In this document: positions 17,716 through 28,313 of the stretch, piece after piece
How the letters are laid out: each line of letters opens with the position of its first letter
Position numbering within the stretch: position 1 is the stretch's first letter
NCBI GenBank assembly: GCA_965216875.1
Contig: OZ244207.1
Location: forward strand, 4,576,001-4,640,000
DNA from: Rubripirellula sp.
GTDB lineage: Bacteria; Planctomycetota; Planctomycetia; Pirellulales; Pirellulaceae
Direction: 5' to 3'
Length of the DNA: 64,000 bases
The notes under the pieces: generated by a model
Database searches by the model: none
What the model was told of the DNA's origin: nothing
Seen by the model: only the letters and a program-made list of their open reading frames with translations
Program-made: the position numbers and the translations under genes

Positions 17716-19593
17716 ATGGTTGACAAACTCTCAAGCGAACAACGCGAAGTCGGTCAGGCCAACTATTACGAGGCCGTTGGCAGCTACTACGACGTCAACC
17801 GTCGCGACTTCTTGCGTGGCATTGTTTCGGCAGGTGCCGTCTCGGGCACCGGCCTGGGTGCTGCCTACTTTGGCTACAACAAAGTCGACGACCCTGTTCG
17901 GATCGCGGTCATCGGCACCGGTGACGAAGGCAACGTGCTGATCGGCGGTTGTAATCCCGAATATGTCGACGTCAAAGCCATTTGCGACATTCGTCCCTTC
18001 GGCCAACACCGCGCTTTCCACGGCGACTATGCCAGCCCATCGTCACTGGTTCGTCGTCCCGGTCTGATCAGTGTTGCTGGGTATAAAGATGAAGCCGAAG
18101 CGCGTCGCAACGTCAAAGTCTATGACGGCAGCAATGGCGGCATCATGGCTTGCTTGGATGATCCCGATATTGAAGGGGTCATCATTGCGTTGCCACTTTG
18201 GTTGCACGCACCCGTTGCCGCGTTGGCAATGGAACGAGGCCTGCACGTCCTGACCGAAAAACTGATGGCACACAACGTTGCCCAGTGCAAAGTCATGGCT
18301 CGCATGGCCGCGTCGATGACCGACAAAGCGGGCAATCCGATTCACTTGGCCACCGGTCACCAGCGTCACTACAACGTCAAGTACGACAATGCAGTGAATC
18401 TGATCCGCTGGGGTCTGCTTGGACAACTGCATCACATCCGTGCCCAGTGGCACCGTGGCAACAAGCCGGGCGCCGACAGTTGGAAGATGCCGATCCCTGG
18501 CGGTGAAATGACCGCCAAGGGCGAGAAGTTCGACAAGATCAAAGGCGACATCAAGAACCGACGCACTCGGATTGCCAATGCGTCGAATCCTAAACATGCT
18601 GACTTTGATCCAGGCTCGGTCGCCCTTCTCGAAGCCGAACTTGCACAACTGCTAGCCTGGGACGCCGACAAAGAAGTCGATCCCGGTGAATTCGGCTACG
18701 AGCAGTTCACTTCAGGCGGCAAAGTCTTTTCGCCGATGCACGAACTGCACCGCTGGCGTCTGTTCGAACGAACCGGTGCGGGTCTGATGGCCGAACTAGG
18801 AAGCCACCAACTCGACGCGGTGAGCATCTTCCTGAGTTCGTTGCGAGATGACGGCAAGAAGGTTCATCCGCTTAGCGTTCATGCCGTCGGCGGTCGCCAC
18901 ATGATGCCGCTCGACCGTGACGCGGGCGACCATGTCTATTGCATGTTCGAATTCCCTGGACCGGAATACTCCGAAACGTTCGACGTCGGCTACTACGACC
19001 GGGTTGAAAACTATCCTGATGGACCAACCAAAGGGTTCGGACCAGTCAAGGGTTACGGACAAGAGCCCGAAGGGGACCCGAACAAGAAGGTCGTCGTCAC
19101 TTACTCGTCGATCAACGGCAACGGCTTTGGTGGATGGGGCGAAGTTGTCCTGGGTACCAAAGGCACACTGATCCTGGACAAAGAAACCGACGTTCTGCTT
19201 TATCGCAACAGCGACACGAGCAGCAAAGTGGGTGTCAAGAAACAGGAAGGCGGCTACGCTCTGGACACCAGCGCAAGTGGCGATGTCGCTGCATCGGTTG
19301 CCAAAGCAGCCGATGCCGGCCCGGTCAGCCGTGGTTACCGCGAAGAAATCGAGCACTGGGCATACTGCATTCGCAACCCAGACAAAGAAAACAAGGTTCG
19401 CTGTTACCCCGAAGTCGCGATGGGCGACGCCGTGATCGCTTTGGGAACCAACGTTGCACTCAAGAACGCCAACGCAGGGAAGGGCGGTTACCTTGAGTTC
19501 AAAGAAGAATGGTTCGACGTCGACAGCGATGCCACGCCTGATGACAGTGACATCAAGAAAGAGACCGAATTCATGAAGAAGGATGTCAAGTAG
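17716..19593 (+). CDS. Gfo/Idh/MocA-family oxidoreductase with Tat-like signal
   Basis: NRRDFLR; Rossmann IAVIGTGDEG; IIALPLWLH; HVLTEKLM; ELGSHQLD. Confidence 0.9.
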   Translation: MVDKLSSEQREVGQANYYEAVGSYYDVNRRDFLRGIVSAGAVSGTGLGAAYFGYNKVDDPVRIAVIGTGDEGNVLIGGCNPEYVDVKAICDIRPFGQHRAFHGDYASPSSLVRRPGLISVAGYKDEAEARRNVKVYDGSNGGIMACLDDPDIEGVIIALPLWLHAPVAALAMERGLHVLTEKLMAHNVAQCKVMARMAASMTDKAGNPIHLATGHQRHYNVKYDNAVNLIRWGLLGQLHHIRAQWHRGNKPGADSWKMPIPGGEMTAKGEKFDKIKGDIKNRRTRIANASNPKHADFDPGSVALLEAELAQLLAWDADKEVDPGEFGYEQFTSGGKVFSPMHELHRWRLFERTGAGLMAELGSHQLDAVSIFLSSLRDDGKKVHPLSVHAVGGRHMMPLDRDAGDHVYCMFEFPGPEYSETFDVGYYDRVENYPDGPTKGFGPVKGYGQEPEGDPNKKVVVTYSSINGNGFGGWGEVVLGTKGTLILDKETDVLLYRNSDTSSKVGVKKQEGGYALDTSASGDVAASVAKAADAGPVSRGYREEIEHWAYCIRNPDKENKVRCYPEVAMGDAVIALGTNVALKNANAGKGGYLEFKEEWFDVDSDATPDDSDIKKETEFMKKDVK

Positions 19594-19604
19594 GTCGTCC
19601 GTCT

Positions 19605-19775
19605 CTCATCGTTCCCACGGTCCGCCGTGGGAACGCAACTCGGGTAGGTCATGCTGTGCATGACGCTTCTTTCGAGCCTGCTGGTCACGTTGTCTACGTG
19701 GCGACGCTCACCTGAGCGTCGTGCTGGATGAGCGCCACGGCACGCCAAACCAACTTCTGGCGAAGGTAGCGACGA
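19605..19775. repeat. REP-like palindrome cluster
   Basis: CGTTCCCACGG-tccg-CCGTGGGAACG; GTAGGTCATGCTGTGCATGAC; TTCTGGCGAAGGTAGCGAC. Confidence 0.8.
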
Positions 19776-19803
19776 CCAACGCCAGAGCTTCGCCATTTTC
19801 GTC

Positions 19804-20313
19804 TTAGCGAGTGTGGACAAAAACAGGAACGTAGACCCGACGATTGCCGTAGCGGCTCGAAGTCATGGGCACGGGGTTCCAGTTTGGCCGTAGTGGCTCG
19901 TAGCCCATCCACAGGTTGTATTCCAATCGGGCAACGCGTTGCTGAGCGCGATAGAGGGCGCGAGCTTGGCGGAGTTCCGCAACGGACATCTTCGATCGTG
20001 AGACGTCCGACTCGCTGGTCGTGTTACGCTCGAATTGTGGCGGTTGAGGCACCGATTCGATGGCGGTTGCAGGAGCGGGAACGGGTTCCACTTGGGCAAC
20101 ACGAATCGGCTCGGGCAGTGTGTCTTGGAACGCATCTGCTGAGGGAACCAATTCAATTTCTTCATCAAGGAAACGAATTTCAGTCTCGTTGTTTTCCGCT
20201 TGCAGTGGCGGCATCAGCTCAGTTTCCAGCCCAAATTCTTGAGCGGTGGCGGGGGCGACGGCACAAATCATCGCAATCGCGGCCGCACAACGTACGAAGT
20301 GACGCATCTTCAT
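19804..20313 (-). CDS. Secreted hypothetical protein
   Basis: 169 aa; signal peptide ending ATA-Q; GAGGA RBS; conserved-looking C-terminus RALYRAQQRVARLEYNLWMGYEPLRP. Confidence 0.75.
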   Translation of the reverse strand: MKMRHFVRCAAAIAMICAVAPATAQEFGLETELMPPLQAENNETEIRFLDEEIELVPSADAFQDTLPEPIRVAQVEPVPAPATAIESVPQPPQFERNTTSESDVSRSKMSVAELRQARALYRAQQRVARLEYNLWMGYEPLRPNWNPVPMTSSRYGNRRVYVPVFVHTR

Positions 20314-20711
20314 GATTGTCCTCTAGCCGAATTCTGGGTTCGGTCGGTCGTTACGGGAATTTTCACGCGACTGATCACTCGTGGCGGGTCAACCACGGAT
20401 CTCGATTCTCAGGCGCATCTGAGGCTCTGAATCGGTGCTTAGGGTCACTATTATCCAGTTTGTTCCGAATAGTGCGCCAAGGTTTAGGTCCAGTTGTGCC
20501 GAGTGTAGGGGTTATTTCGGTCATCCCTACTTTCATTCTGCCGAAAACCGATTCCACTGTAGGGCGATTCTTAATTGAATCGAGATGATGTAGCATTGAA
20601 TCCATGCATGCCGCGGGGCCGTTTTGCTGGTGTCCACCAGCTCCCTGAACGCATTCAATGGTTTCGATAGAAACGTTTCTGTCAATTTCCTTCCAACGGA
20701 GACCTCTCCCC

Positions 20712-20924
20712 GTGAAACAGCTTTCCCTGATCCTCCGCGGCTTTGCTGCGATGGCCGTTTTGACTCTGACTTTCGGTTGCTCACCTTCGGACACCGAAGT
20801 GAACACCTCGACCGAGACGCCAGCCGCTGAAAGCTCGACTGACTCAAACACAACTGCTGGTACGGAAACTCCTGACAGCAACGTGACCACCGGTAGCGAA
20901 ACTCCAGACACCGAAACTCCCTAG
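20712..20924 (+). CDS. Small Ser/Thr/Glu-rich lipoprotein (70 aa)
   Basis: GGAGA RBS, GTG start, lipobox LTFGC, repeated ETP motifs. Confidence 0.65.
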   Translation: MKQLSLILRGFAAMAVLTLTFGCSPSDTEVNTSTETPAAESSTDSNTTAGTETPDSNVTTGSETPDTETP

Positions 20925-20964
20925 TTTCGACGTTCCACACTGAACGTGTGTCTCAAATCCAGCC

Positions 20965-21365
<401 letters not shown>

Positions 21366-21539
21366 TGGGATTCACAGCCGAGGGGTAGAGAACCGCACGC
21401 TATCGCGATTGCGGCTGATGGGGAGGATGAAACAACGCCTGAGAAATCAAAAAATCTTCTCTAATCGCTAAAGCTTCTCAGTTGGCGATGCCGAAACCAA
21501 TTGACGGGGGTGGGGACACCGCGCGCTTGGTGATGCGCC

Positions 21540-22718
21540 ATGACTGTGAAACTCCACGCTGTCACTCGATATCTGCTGACGCTGCTCCCCGTTCTTTTCC
21601 TGACGGGATGTTGCTCTTTCATTCCGGACAAGCGTTCGCGGGATGTGGTCCACAATCCGTTCCCGCAACTCAAGCGGGTCGCCGTGCTGCCGTTTTTCAA
21701 CCAAAGCAGCGAACCAACGGTCGACACTGATCAGGTCGCGGAAAAGTACTACGCCGCCCTGCAGTCCGTTCCCGGGTTCGAAGTCTTGCCGGTCGGGGTC
21801 AGTCGCGAGGCATGGATGCGTTACGCCACCGCCAATGGCGAGCCACGGACCGGAGCCGAATTCCAGAAGCTTGCTAACGAACTGGGCGTCGAAGCGATCG
21901 TGGTCGGTTCGGTCACCGACTTTGACCCCTATTATCCGCCTCGGATGTCCATGACCGTCCATTGGTACGCTGCCAACGAAGGCTTCCACCCCATTCCTGC
22001 TGGCTACGGACTGCCATGGGGAACGGAAGGGGAAAAACAGATCCCAAGGCGCATCGTGCGCGAAGCCGAATTCGAACTGGCTCGCAGCCAACTTGCCACA
22101 CAAACACCTGTGATTGAGGACATGAGTGCCGCGCCACCGCCACAGGCGATGCGTGGGGACGTTCGCCCGATCGCGGCCATCCAGGAAATTCCGACGCCAC
22201 CGGCCGACGAGCCTGTTCCGGCACCAGCTAGCGACGGCACGGCCCTAGCCGAAATGTTGCCTCCCAATTCCGTCCCGGCTCTTCCAGAGATGCCGCCAGC
22301 CGATCAGTTTCACAACACGGCTGTTCCACAGCCCGGCAACCCGATGTGGTCTGGTGAGATGCCGCCAGGCGAATATGCCGACATGATGGGTCCGCCGATG
22401 CCGGCAAATTGGCCTGACGCAACCGACTTCATTCCTGATCCACCGGTTCCGGTTGCTCCTGTCGCGATCGCTAACAGCAAGCCTGTATTGTCGCACACAA
22501 AGATGTATCGAGGTGACGACGCCTACTTCACCAACCGGTTGGCCGATTACGTGGAAACCGGTGACGATGCCCGTCCGGGAGGATGGCAGGATTACTTAAA
22601 ACGTAGCGATGATTTCATTCATTTCTGTTGTCACTTGCACATCACCGAAATGCTTGAATCGAGGGGCGGTAGAGACAAAAGCGAACTCATCTTGCGATGG
22701 CCTCTGAGCCGATACTGA
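21540..22718 (+). CDS. Lipoprotein, possibly CsgG/LpoB/GNA1162-like N-domain with Pro-rich insert
   Basis: Lipobox FLTGC; RVAVLPFFNQ and AIVVGSVTDF strands. Confidence 0.75.
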   Translation: MTVKLHAVTRYLLTLLPVLFLTGCCSFIPDKRSRDVVHNPFPQLKRVAVLPFFNQSSEPTVDTDQVAEKYYAALQSVPGFEVLPVGVSREAWMRYATANGEPRTGAEFQKLANELGVEAIVVGSVTDFDPYYPPRMSMTVHWYAANEGFHPIPAGYGLPWGTEGEKQIPRRIVREAEFELARSQLATQTPVIEDMSAAPPPQAMRGDVRPIAAIQEIPTPPADEPVPAPASDGTALAEMLPPNSVPALPEMPPADQFHNTAVPQPGNPMWSGEMPPGEYADMMGPPMPANWPDATDFIPDPPVPVAPVAIANSKPVLSHTKMYRGDDAYFTNRLADYVETGDDARPGGWQDYLKRSDDFIHFCCHLHITEMLESRGGRDKSELILRWPLSRY

Positions 22719-22894
22719 GCCAGTGAGACGACGAAGCGTCGGCGCCCGAGGTCATCCCGCATGACAGCAAATGCCGCAAATTTCCCGCAGAAAGCATGCT
22801 TCGAAGTCCTCAGTGATGCGTTCGAATCCCGTAAGTCGGGCGCAAGCACTTGTGTGAGCCGGCATCGAGTACTGCAAATCGGAAACGCGCCCCG

Positions 22895-23140
22895 ATGGAA
22901 AGAGAAATCAACGTCCTGGCGTTGGTCAAAGGTGAGGAACGTTTCATCTTCCTCTTTGATGACGAAAACCGCGACGAAACACTGCGTCAATTGGCGCGAT
23001 TCGCCGCTGACCCTGAACTCGACTTTTCGTGGTACGACGCCGCGATGTTGAGCCGCAAGATTCGTGACGCTGTTCCAACGGATGATGATCTGTTGGCCAG
23101 CGAAGAATTCGACAGTCTCTCGATTGACGATTTCCACTAA
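22895..23140 (+). CDS. Small acidic hypothetical protein (81 aa) upstream of xerC
   Basis: MEREINVLALVKGEERFIFLFDD...FSWYDAAMLSRKIR; globular, protein-like composition. Confidence 0.75.
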   Translation: MEREINVLALVKGEERFIFLFDDENRDETLRQLARFAADPELDFSWYDAAMLSRKIRDAVPTDDDLLASEEFDSLSIDDFH

Positions 23141-23188
23141 TCAAAGCCGTCACGATTCGGCACGCAAACTTATCGAGTTGAAAGTCGC

Positions 23189-24091
23189 ATGCGCAGCGCC
23201 GTCGTTCAATTCTTGAAGCACCTTGCGATCGAGCGCAATGCGTCAGACTTGACGATCAAAGCGTATCGTGAAGACCTCTTCGGTCTGCTTGAGTGGTTGG
23301 AACACGAACAGGGTTCGCTACCGGATCCCGATGCGCTGAGTCCTCAAGACTTGCGTCGCTTCCAAGCGGCTCTCTCCGAAGCGGGTTATGCGCGAAGCAC
23401 CATTTCTCGCAAACTCGCGTCGCTGCGTAGTTTCTATCGCTACGCCATGCGCCAGGGACTCGCCTCGAGCAATCCCGCAAAACCGCTTCGCAATCCGCGG
23501 CGACAACGCAAGTTGCCGATGGTCCTGACTTCCAAGGAAGTCGGTCGCCTCTTGCTCGCCCCGCCCGCAAACACGGTAGCGGGTCTTCGAGATCGCGCGA
23601 TCCTGGAAACGATGTATTCAGCGGGCCTCCGCGTCAGCGAATTGGTCGGGCTTCGCGATGGTGACATTGATCGCGACGACCAAGTGCTTCGAGTCCGAGG
23701 TAAGGGTCGCAAAGAACGCATCAGCCCACTCGGCTCGTTTGCGCTGCGCGCAATTGATCGCTATGCCAAGGATCGCGTCCGAGATCCAAAAACGGACGCC
23801 CTCGGACGCGACGCGCCGGTCTTCGTCAACCGCTTCGGCCGAGGATTGACCACCCGCAGCGTCGGCCGGATGCTCGAAAAATACATCGCGGCCGCCGAAC
23901 TTGATTCGCGGACCAGCCCCCACACGCTGCGCCACAGTTTCGCCACCCACCTGCTCGACCGGGGTGCCGACATTCGCAGCGTTCAAGAATTGCTGGGGCA
24001 CAAGAATCTCGCCACCACGCAAATCTACACGCACGTCAGCGCCGCCAACCTGCGACAGGTCTACGAGCAAGCCCACCCACGCGCCAGTTAA
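23189..24091 (+). CDS. xerC: Tyrosine recombinase XerC
   Basis: RDRAILETMYSAGLRVSEL; VRGKGRKER; SPHTLRHSFATHLLDRGADIRSVQELLGH; TTQIYTH; 300 aa. Confidence 0.92.
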   Translation: MRSAVVQFLKHLAIERNASDLTIKAYREDLFGLLEWLEHEQGSLPDPDALSPQDLRRFQAALSEAGYARSTISRKLASLRSFYRYAMRQGLASSNPAKPLRNPRRQRKLPMVLTSKEVGRLLLAPPANTVAGLRDRAILETMYSAGLRVSELVGLRDGDIDRDDQVLRVRGKGRKERISPLGSFALRAIDRYAKDRVRDPKTDALGRDAPVFVNRFGRGLTTRSVGRMLEKYIAAAELDSRTSPHTLRHSFATHLLDRGADIRSVQELLGHKNLATTQIYTHVSAANLRQVYEQAHPRAS

Positions 24092-24096
24092 CCCAA

Positions 24097-24167
24097 GTAG
24101 GGTGTGTGCTTGCACGCACCACTTTTCTGGCATGTCGCGGATTGGTGCGTGCAAGCACACACCCTAC
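24097..24167. repeat. Inverted REP-like pair
   Basis: GTAGGGTGTGTGCTTGCACGCACC ... GGTGCGTGCAAGCACACACCCTAC, a perfect 24-bp inverted repeat. Confidence 0.9.
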
Positions 24168-24231
24168 GTGCCACTTTCAACGATCACGACGCTCTCGCGA
24201 TTTCGGCGCATCGATGACCGGTTTCCCGAGA

Positions 24232-24900
24232 TCACTTGTAGCGTTTTTTGAGCGATTCGGGTGACGCTCCGCACGCGTAGGCGATTTGCAGCCGCCAATT
24301 GAGTAGCGTTTGGCGAACAACCCCTTTGGTCTGCCAGCGTCTGGCACTGATGGTGACGGGCCCATCAAGCAGCTTTGGTTTAGCAACTTTTCGAAGTGTT
24401 TTCGACAACGCGACATCTTCCATCAATGGAATCTCGGGAAAGCCACCTTGCTGTTTGTAGAGTGCACGTCGCACAAAAATCGCCTGATCACCAAACGGGA
24501 CGCCTCGCCACGTCACCCGCAGCGCATTCCCCCACTCAAGCATTCGATAACGAAATCCGTCCGCATCAATGCGTTGTCGGAATGCGCCCCATTCGGCCTC
24601 CTCGTCGCAGATCTGTTGCAGACAGTCGGCGGCAAGCACATTGTCAGCGTGCAGGAAGAGTAAGTACTCGCGCTGTGCGACAAAGGCTCCGGCGTTGAGT
24701 TGAATCCCGCGGCCGGGCAAGGAGGCTACTAGCTTGGTCGCGCCGGCTGCTTTCGCGTTGGCGACCGTGTCATCACGACTGCCACCATCGGAAACAATGA
24801 TCTCGGTTGCACCGGCCGCAATCGCCGATTCGATCGACGTTGCGATCGCGTCCTGTTCGTTGATCGCCGGAATGACAATCGATATGTCGGCCGGTGTCAT
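24232..24900 (-). CDS. GT2 glycosyltransferase (TIGR04283-like)
   Basis: ISIVIPAINE, SDGGSRD, GRGIQLNAGA, LFLHAD, PFGDQAIFVR, PLMEDV, ISARRW; ATGA overlap with the upstream gene. Confidence 0.88.
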   Translation of the reverse strand: MTPADISIVIPAINEQDAIATSIESAIAAGATEIIVSDGGSRDDTVANAKAAGATKLVASLPGRGIQLNAGAFVAQREYLLFLHADNVLAADCLQQICDEEAEWGAFRQRIDADGFRYRMLEWGNALRVTWRGVPFGDQAIFVRRALYKQQGGFPEIPLMEDVALSKTLRKVAKPKLLDGPVTISARRWQTKGVVRQTLLNWRLQIAYACGASPESLKKRYK

Positions 24901-26036
24901 ACGGTTTGGACTTCGCGAAGCCGAGCGTACGCGAGCGGACCGAAAACGATCAACGGAACCCACGCCGCCATGGCCGGCGTTAGCAGGTACCCGCTACCAC
25001 CGAGCGCTCCAGCCAACGTTTTGACGGCGAAGAACATCAACACGGTGAACATCGCGATCCCGATCAGGACGAACAGATTCCGTCCACGTCGATTCACAAC
25101 CAACGGCAGCCCCAGCATCACCAATGCAAAATCGAGCGGGGCGCGGATGATGCGTTCGTGCAGGAGGACGTGCAAGCCCATGCTGCTGTAGACCGATGGG
25201 TTCGTGACATATCCGGTCAACTCAGCGACCGACGCGTACCGAGTCGCCGACTGATTGGTCTGCAACAGACTGGTGTCGATCGTCGTCGCAAAAAAGCACT
25301 GGTTCGCGCCAAGCCAGATTTGATCATGACTGGTCATCAGGATCGGCCGGTCCTTGGTCGAAATCGATGGCAAGCGGTCAATGTTCTCTGGCATCCGGAC
25401 CCGCTCAAGCAGGTAGCCGCTCGGATGGTCGGTCGTCGCCTCCACCCAACGCGCCGATTCGGCCATCAACAGATCGCCATAGCCCGGGTAATCTCCATCG
25501 AGTCGAAAGTTCGGCTGACGAATGGTCTGCTCGTGAGTCAGCAATGAAGTACCATCAACCAAGATCCGACTCGCCTTGTCGTACTTTGCCAAAATCGGCT
25601 GTTCGCTCTCGCCCGAGATGTCCTTGCCTTTCAGGGTCAGCGCATCGCGAAAACCAGGCAACAGGAATTCGCGGTTTGCCAGCTGCAACACAATGATCGC
25701 CAACGACGCGATCACCATCGGTCGCAGAATCCGCCCGTGTGAAACGCCCGCAGCCAGTGTGGCGGTCAATTCACCCGACCGCCGCAGCCACCCCACCGTG
25801 AATAGCAGTGACATCAACGCAATGATCGCTGCCGTCCAATCGAACAAAAGCAGCATGTAGGGTCCGTAAAACCGAGTCATCACGCGAACCAAACCGCCTT
25901 CCGTTTGCCCCTGACGGACCAAATCGTCCATCCGCGTGAACGCGTGAAACACGATGAAGATTCCAGCAATCGAACAAAAGCAAACGAGGACCGTTCGCAG
26001 AAAGAGCACCAGAATGTAGCGATCGATTTTGGTCAC
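24897..26036 (-). CDS. LptF/LptG-family permease
   Basis: KIDRYIL; LRRSGELTATLAAGVS; 3+3 TM layout with periplasmic domain; AAWVPLIVF. Confidence 0.9.
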   Translation of the reverse strand: MTKIDRYILVLFLRTVLVCFCSIAGIFIVFHAFTRMDDLVRQGQTEGGLVRVMTRFYGPYMLLLFDWTAAIIALMSLLFTVGWLRRSGELTATLAAGVSHGRILRPMVIASLAIIVLQLANREFLLPGFRDALTLKGKDISGESEQPILAKYDKASRILVDGTSLLTHEQTIRQPNFRLDGDYPGYGDLLMAESARWVEATTDHPSGYLLERVRMPENIDRLPSISTKDRPILMTSHDQIWLGANQCFFATTIDTSLLQTNQSATRYASVAELTGYVTNPSVYSSMGLHVLLHERIIRAPLDFALVMLGLPLVVNRRGRNLFVLIGIAMFTVLMFFAVKTLAGALGGSGYLLTPAMAAWVPLIVFGPLAYARLREVQTV

Positions 26037-26146
26037 AGCTGGCCGATTGGTTCACAAATCGCGTGGAGGGCAGAGACGGGCGGCCTGGAATATCCCGGTT
26101 TGCCCCCGCGCAACGCAAGATCATCCCCGAAGGCGTCCGGCGAGAC

Positions 26147-26238
26147 GCAGCTACCTTCGCCAGACCGTGGATGTGCCGCGATCGCCATTCTCCGCGTCCA
26201 ACCACTCTGGCCAACCACACTCTGGCGAGCGTGGCTAC
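26147..26238. repeat. Degenerate GTAGCTAC-family REP doublet
   Basis: GCAGCTACCTTCGCCAGACCGTGG ... CCACACTCTGGCGAGCGTGGCTAC. Confidence 0.8.
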
Positions 26239-26324
26239 CGAGATCTTGCCACCTCGCCTGTCATTCACAGGTAGACACACAACTACGCTAAAATGCTTGC
26301 ATTAGTTCCAAGCGATTCAACTTG

Positions 26325-27701
26325 ATGTCACAGGCCAGATTCGTGCTTCGAGAACTCACCTACTATCGCAATGTCCTTTCCATCGTTGGGGACATCCTGA
26401 AGGTTCGTGCCAAGAACGTCGGACTTGGCGATCAGGCGGTGGTCGAAAACTGGGACGGCGAAAAATCACTCGCTCAAGTCATCTCGGTCCAAAACGACGA
26501 AGTGTCGCTGCAAGTTTTCACCGGTGGCAAAGGGCTTTCGACCGAAGCTCGAGTCCAATTCCTCGGCCACCCATCGCAGGTCACCTACTCGACCAACATC
26601 TTGGGGCGCGTGTTTGACGGATCCGGTATCCCCATTGATGGTGGCCCCACTCTTTCAAGTGATGCCAAGATTGATGTCGGTGGCCCCTCGGTCAATCCAG
26701 TCATGCGCGTCGTGCCCAAGCGGATGATCGAAACCAAAGTGCCGATGATCGACGTCTTCAATTGCTTGGTCGAGAGTCAGAAGATTCCGATCTTTTCGGT
26801 CGCCGGTGAACCCTACAACCAACTTCTCGCTCGCATCGGCATCCAAGCGGATGCCGAAATCGTCGTCTTTGGCGGTATGGGGTTGGTGTTTGATGACTAC
26901 CATTTTTTCCGCACCACGTTTGAACAGGAAGGGATGCTGCCGCGCACGGTGATGTTCGTCAATCAAGCATCCGATCCCGTGGTCGAACGGATGCTCGTTC
27001 CCGACATGGCGTTGAAAGTCGCCGAGCGTTTTGCGGTCGAGCAAAACAAACGCGTGCTTGTTTTGCTAACCGACATGACCGCTTATGCCGACGCGCTCAA
27101 AGAAGTTGGGATCTCGATGGAACGGGTCCCGGCGACACGCGGGTACATGGGGGACTTGTACAGCCAACTTGCCACGCGATACGAGCGTGCATGCGACTAT
27201 CGTGGTGCCGGCTCAGTCACCATCCTGACCGTCACCACCATGCCGGGCGACGATGTCACTCACCCCGTACCGGACAACACGGGCTACATCACCGAAGGCC
27301 AATTCTACCTGCATGGCGGCATGATCGATCCGTTCGGATCACTGTCTCGCCTGAAGCAACAAGTGATCGGCAAGACCACGCGTGAAGACCACGGCCAATT
27401 GATGAACACCATGGTCCGGTTTTATTCGGGCGCAAAAGACGCCCAGAAGAAACAAGCGATGGCATTTGACCTGTCACCGTTCGATCACAAACTGCTTCGG
27501 TTTGGCGAGCTCTTCCGAACCCGATTCATGGACATCAACGTGTCGATTCCGTTGATTGATGCACTTGATTTGGGCTGGAAAACGCTGGCCGAGTGCTTTG
27601 CCCCCGAAGAATTGCTGATGAAGCAAAGTTTGATCGACAAGTATTTCCCCAAGCCTAAATCGCCTGAACCCGATCGCGAGCCCAAGGGGAGTCAATCATG
27701 A
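26325..27701 (+). CDS. ntpB: V/A-type ATP synthase subunit B
   Basis: SQKIPIFS, VLLTDMTAYADAL, RGYMGDLYSQLATRYER, TMPGDDVTHPVPDNTGYITEGQ, SLSRLK. Confidence 0.96.
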   Translation: MSQARFVLRELTYYRNVLSIVGDILKVRAKNVGLGDQAVVENWDGEKSLAQVISVQNDEVSLQVFTGGKGLSTEARVQFLGHPSQVTYSTNILGRVFDGSGIPIDGGPTLSSDAKIDVGGPSVNPVMRVVPKRMIETKVPMIDVFNCLVESQKIPIFSVAGEPYNQLLARIGIQADAEIVVFGGMGLVFDDYHFFRTTFEQEGMLPRTVMFVNQASDPVVERMLVPDMALKVAERFAVEQNKRVLVLLTDMTAYADALKEVGISMERVPATRGYMGDLYSQLATRYERACDYRGAGSVTILTVTTMPGDDVTHPVPDNTGYITEGQFYLHGGMIDPFGSLSRLKQQVIGKTTREDHGQLMNTMVRFYSGAKDAQKKQAMAFDLSPFDHKLLRFGELFRTRFMDINVSIPLIDALDLGWKTLAECFAPEELLMKQSLIDKYFPKPKSPEPDREPKGSQS

Positions 27702-28300
27702 GGCTTGCACTGAACAAAAACTCGCTCAAACAGCAACGCGACCATTTGACGATGTACCGTCGGTTTTTGCCGTCGCTCGACCTGAAGCGACAGCAATTGA
27801 TGACGGCCTGGAAACAGTCAAAAGACGAGCTCGAAGAGCACCAGAAGGCAGCCGAACAATACCGCCATTCGCTCGACCAACTCCTTCCATTGCTCGGCAG
27901 TAGCACGCTTCGATCGCGCAGCTTGGGATCGCTTGTTCGCGTTTCCCACGTTGACCTTGGCGAAGAAAACGTCGTCGGCGCGACGTTGCCGTACATTCGT
28001 GAAGTTCAATTCGAACGAACCGAATACTCAACCCTTATCTTGCCTTTCTGGGTCGATCAATTGGTCGACAGTCTCGAAAAGCTGGCAGAACTTCGCCTTC
28101 GTGTCCAAGTCTTTCAAGCGAGAACGGATCGCTTGGCCGCAGCCGTTCGCAAAATCACTCAGCGGGTCAACCTTTTCGAGAAGGTACTCATCCCCAACAC
28201 CGAGGAGAGCATCAAACGGATTCAAATCGCACTTTCCGATGAAGAACGCGCGGCGGTCGTACGTTCAAAACTTGCCAAACGAAAACATGGCCAGGTTTGA
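27698..28300 (+). CDS. ntpD: V/A-type ATP synthase subunit D
   Basis: FLPSLDLKRQQL; KITQRVNLFEKVLIP; ATGA overlap with subunit B. Confidence 0.93.
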   Translation: MRLALNKNSLKQQRDHLTMYRRFLPSLDLKRQQLMTAWKQSKDELEEHQKAAEQYRHSLDQLLPLLGSSTLRSRSLGSLVRVSHVDLGEENVVGATLPYIREVQFERTEYSTLILPFWVDQLVDSLEKLAELRLRVQVFQARTDRLAAAVRKITQRVNLFEKVLIPNTEESIKRIQIALSDEERAAVVRSKLAKRKHGQV

Positions 28301-28313
28301 GGAGGCGTGATCG

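Noticed and set aside
22820..22830. tRNA T-loop-like GTTCGAATCCC
   Set aside because: The T-stem has a C-C mismatch and no cloverleaf or CCA end can be built
23189..24091. Prophage or island integrase with a dif/att site
   Set aside because: Length and motifs fit housekeeping XerC; no phage genes, flanking direct repeats or recognisable dif site
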